Of a stretch of 64,000 nt of DNA, positions 61,001 through 64,000 are shown piece after piece. The DNA comes from Glycera tridactyla (Eukaryota). Under the pieces are notes generated by a model. The model worked only from the letters and a program-made list of their open reading frames with translations, did not search any database and was not told where the DNA came from. A program made the translations under genes and the position numbers. The first letter of the stretch is position 1. Each line of letters begins with the position of its first letter. The DNA lies in assembly GCA_965644265.1 (NCBI GenBank), contig OZ286463.1, positions 96,472,001 through 96,536,000 on the forward strand, written 5' to 3'.

Positions 61001-63963
61001 TATAATGATAATGGTGACAATAATGGTGGTGGTGGGTGGGTGGTGGTGGTGGTGATAATTGTTATTGTCATCATTATCTCAATTTTGGATTATGACTTGA
61101 GGTCTGGGTCGAAAGTTAATCAGGTGATGGAACAGTGTGCTTGCAGCATGTACAGTACCATATACTTGTCCTTTCGTATTGACCTCTGAAAAACTGCGAG
61201 ATGTATTCTTGGAATGTCCTCCAATATGTCTAATGGCTGTAGTGACATGAAAAGATAAAGCCTATTTGTCTGCGGTACAGAATATGACTAATGAGTTGCC
61301 TATCGTTGGATACATATCTCCATCCCTACAGGTGCATCCTCACGTAGCTGGATCCTACCTACGACTGCGTATTCTTATCCAGAGTCCGGCGGATGCCGAG
61401 CTCGTCAAAACAGGTACAGAGATAAACCGGAAGGGGGGATGGGGCCCTCCGTCCCCTTTTTTCCAGTAGCTCTAGCCAAAATCACCCAATAACCACGATT
61501 AGGGCTCCACTGTATCACTTTTTTGACCCCTTCCTCTGTCTGTTGGTACATCTTTTTTCAGCAGCAGGGTTGAATTTACCCCTTCATCTTGAGCAGCTGG
61601 AGGACACACACATACACACACTTTTTTAATTGATTTCATGTCAATGACATGATGCACGTGCAACAGGTCCATGAAATGTGCCGAAAGCCGCAGCCCAATT
61701 TTTGGGTTTCATAGAGAGTTTTGAACCCACGACCTCTAGGTAAGGCATCTTCTGCTAGCAACATACTGCCAGTGCTCCTTACCGCTACTCTACAGAGACA
61801 CGGAGAGCTCAGTGAGCAGCTATGAGGCAGTGTGAAGTTTTCCTTATCAAATCTTCCATTTGATTTTGAAGAGAAATTATAGATTCACTCAGTAAATGTC
61901 CATACAATATGGAAAGATCTCGCTTCGCAAATCTGAGGACGTGATAGCCTAGTGATTTTCAGAACGACTTATCTTCATATGTTTGGATATTTCTTATTAG
62001 AATAAGTTGAAATCTGAGCTACTACCTTCTCCAAGTTTCACTCATCGATTGTTTGCAAACACATGATTGTATGTTTTACCACTTATATTGGCTGGCATCC
62101 AAATTCCCATTCCCCTTCCTGTGACCTAGGAATTGATTTGACACAAAATGATGATTTGTTAGAAAATGGTAAACTTGGTGACCGAATTCTTGCATAGCAC
62201 CTCACACTTGAATAGCCAAAGTATCTGGCTAAAATGTAAATATAAAGGAGATTAATGTTGATTGGGTGATGCATTATGCATATGATAATTGCAGGACTGG
62301 AAGATGTTCTGGCGCACGAGGATTTAACAGTGGATATTGCTCTATCTGCAATCGAATTGGTGATGAAATCAAGATGGTATTATACAATCCTTACTCAACA
62401 TCAGTGTATACTCTTACACATCTTGGCACACAAACACACACACACACATACATACGCACGCACGCACGCACACACATTTTCCTTGAATACTTAGGAACCA
62501 AGATTTGTAAGAAAGTAATTTTTGCCAACTTGCTTTGCCTTCAGTGTTAAGATATGATATCAAGTGTTTTCCAAAAGTTCACAACCAAGTACAATAGGTC
62601 CCCATTTGGATCTTATCATGAATTGTTCGTTATCTGGTTCATTGTCTGAACGTATCTACGTCAACTGTGGATAATCTTATGAAATGAAACTTGTGAAATG
62701 ATCACTGATTGGGTGGGCGCCGTACTGGGGTCATGTCCGGCTGCCCGATTTATTTTCAATCTGAATATTTGCTGATAAATATGTTGACAAATTGTTGACA
62801 AACCGCGAATAACCACCAGAGCCCGTCTTCACCTGAAGAAGACATCAACCTCATCACTCTCAGGGGTACATATCAAGATTGAGAATTTGTCAACAATTTC
62901 ACATCAACGTCTTCGGCTATTGCCCTAGCATTTTGGAGCAGCCGAACGCAGCCCTATTGTTACATACAAATCAACGATGAGAAACAATGCCTCTGACAGT
63001 TGGTTGCGGTTGCTCCTTTGAATGAGACAGTCATGTTTATTACGATGATAGAGGAATAATTGAACTGTCGGCTACTTCCAATTGATGACCTTGTAGGACG
63101 TCCTTGGCCCTGGAGCCTATGAAGCTGTTGTCAGGCCATTACCAGTCCTCACCGGATGTGGGGAAAATATGGGCTGCTCAGGTCGAAATGTTGTTATCTG
63201 CTGGTAAACACCACGAAGCACGGTCGTTCCTGGAGTCATGTGCACAAAGTAAGTGCAGTAGTCAGACATGAGCCAAAAGTCTAGTTATCCGAGAAAGCTT
63301 AATGGAAGAGGGTGCGTGAAAGTCAGAAATTTTCATTTTTGTTGTTGATTATTAGTCTGAAAAAGAGGTGATACCAATTATCTTCCAATTATGACACTAT
63401 AACATAGCCGTGTGCGCCATAGCTGCACATTCGTTTGGATCGGCTGTGAATATTCCCCAATCGTGAACATAATTTAACTCTCGTGTATGCTGTAAAAAGC
63501 TGTTTATATGCAAACTGCATATCATACATGTACATATTTTATTCTATTCATATGTTTACGAGACTAAATAAAGATCATTGAATTCAATGAAATTCAAGAA
63601 TATATTCCCCTGTTCGTTTGTTTTCGAGAAAACTCGGGAAGATGGGCAACCCCATAAGAAGTGCATTCAACAGTAATGGCGCAATTCCGGGTAGCAAATA
63701 GTTGTGGTCTGAGAATGATCTAGAATAGAGCCTTAGATGTTGGTAGAACATGCAGGACAGATCACCGCAGATTCATGTGCACTTATCTATTCATTTGGAC
63801 AGGCATCTCAATACGCATGAAAGATGTCAGCAGAAGGCTGCCCTCTTCACGATAGGCCAATTATACCTCTGTTTCAGAATGCAAGAGTGGCCAGACCATC
63901 TGTGATACAGTCAAGAGGCGTCTTCATTACCATGCATGGGAAAGAGCATCTTTGGCATATGAG
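54665..63963 (+). CDS. TEX11: Testis-expressed protein 11 / ZIP4 (meiotic ZMM TPR protein), 5' part, 14 coding exons, 3'-incomplete
   Basis: join(54665..54710,55368..55504,56050..56140,56553..56635,57168..57198,57519..57568,58458..58586,59303..59383,59772..59909,60666..60761,61332..61413,62295..62376,63097..63248,63878..63963), 1284 nt in one frame. Peptides AVSLWN, LRHVAC, DQFKLFTFQAQA, LCYNFGLD...SYELG, RTLRLLGTAYL and LHYHAWERASLAYE are collinear with vertebrate TEX11 (AVNLWN, LHYVAC, DHFRVLSYQAES, LCYNFGVE...SYDIG, KVLRLLATNYL, LHNILWRQAASSFE) and have similar exon boundaries. Confidence 0.9.
54962..54996 (+). repeat. (GATT)n microsatellite; complementary (AATC)n tracts at about 52728-52782 and 58028-58062
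   Basis: Direct reading; probably retroposon tails. Confidence 0.9.
55694..55871. mobile_element. TA-flanked MITE in a TEX11 intron
   Basis: TA|CAGTCAAACTTGTC ... GACAAGTTTGACTG|TA. Confidence 0.8.
61610..61799 (-). mobile_element. tRNA-derived SINE head / tRNA pseudogene in a TEX11 intron
   Basis: On the minus strand: GTCTCTGTAGAGTAGCGGTAAG (A-box-like, resembling the tRNA-Asn 5' end) and GGTCGTGGGTTCAAAAC (B-box-like), followed by a non-tRNA tail. A canonical cloverleaf could not be formed. Confidence 0.5.
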
Positions 63964-64000
63964 GTTCGAATCCTATTATTGCCCCTATCAGCACCATTAG

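Noticed and set aside
63962-63973. Perfect Pol III B-box GGTTCGAATCC
   Set aside because: It coincides with the TEX11 exon donor; there is no properly spaced A-box or cloverleaf.

Overview
Eukaryotic (animal, marine-invertebrate/lophotrochozoan-like) AT-rich genomic scaffold with two assembly gaps; there is no prokaryotic content and no CRISPR array. Three intron-containing protein genes on the + strand can be reconstructed by hand from GT-AG junctions with consistent phases: the terminal exon of a Rab39-like GTPase (2142-2438), a complete CNOT2/Regena gene (12 coding exons, 28982-37166, 445 aa) and the 5' 14 coding exons of TEX11/ZIP4 (54665-63963, running off the window). The rest is dense with mobile DNA. 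It includes a full-span degenerate AcademX-type DNA transposon with TIRs and a 3-bp TSD (44419-49135), CAG-ended MITEs with exact 5-bp or 6-bp TSDs packed into the CNOT2 5' introns, many TA-flanked Tc1/mariner-pogo-like MITEs, a MULE-like MITE, two SINE-like families, and Penelope-like and DIRS-like remnants. The most unusual object is a 149-bp gap-free GC-rich hairpin upstream of TEX11 (53607-53755). Its mismatches are strand-asymmetric: on the minus strand it has three CGAG/CGAG tandem G.A motifs and a C(GCA)G triloop, a design that stabilises single-stranded hairpins. All protein identifications rest on recalled family sequences, not on database searches.
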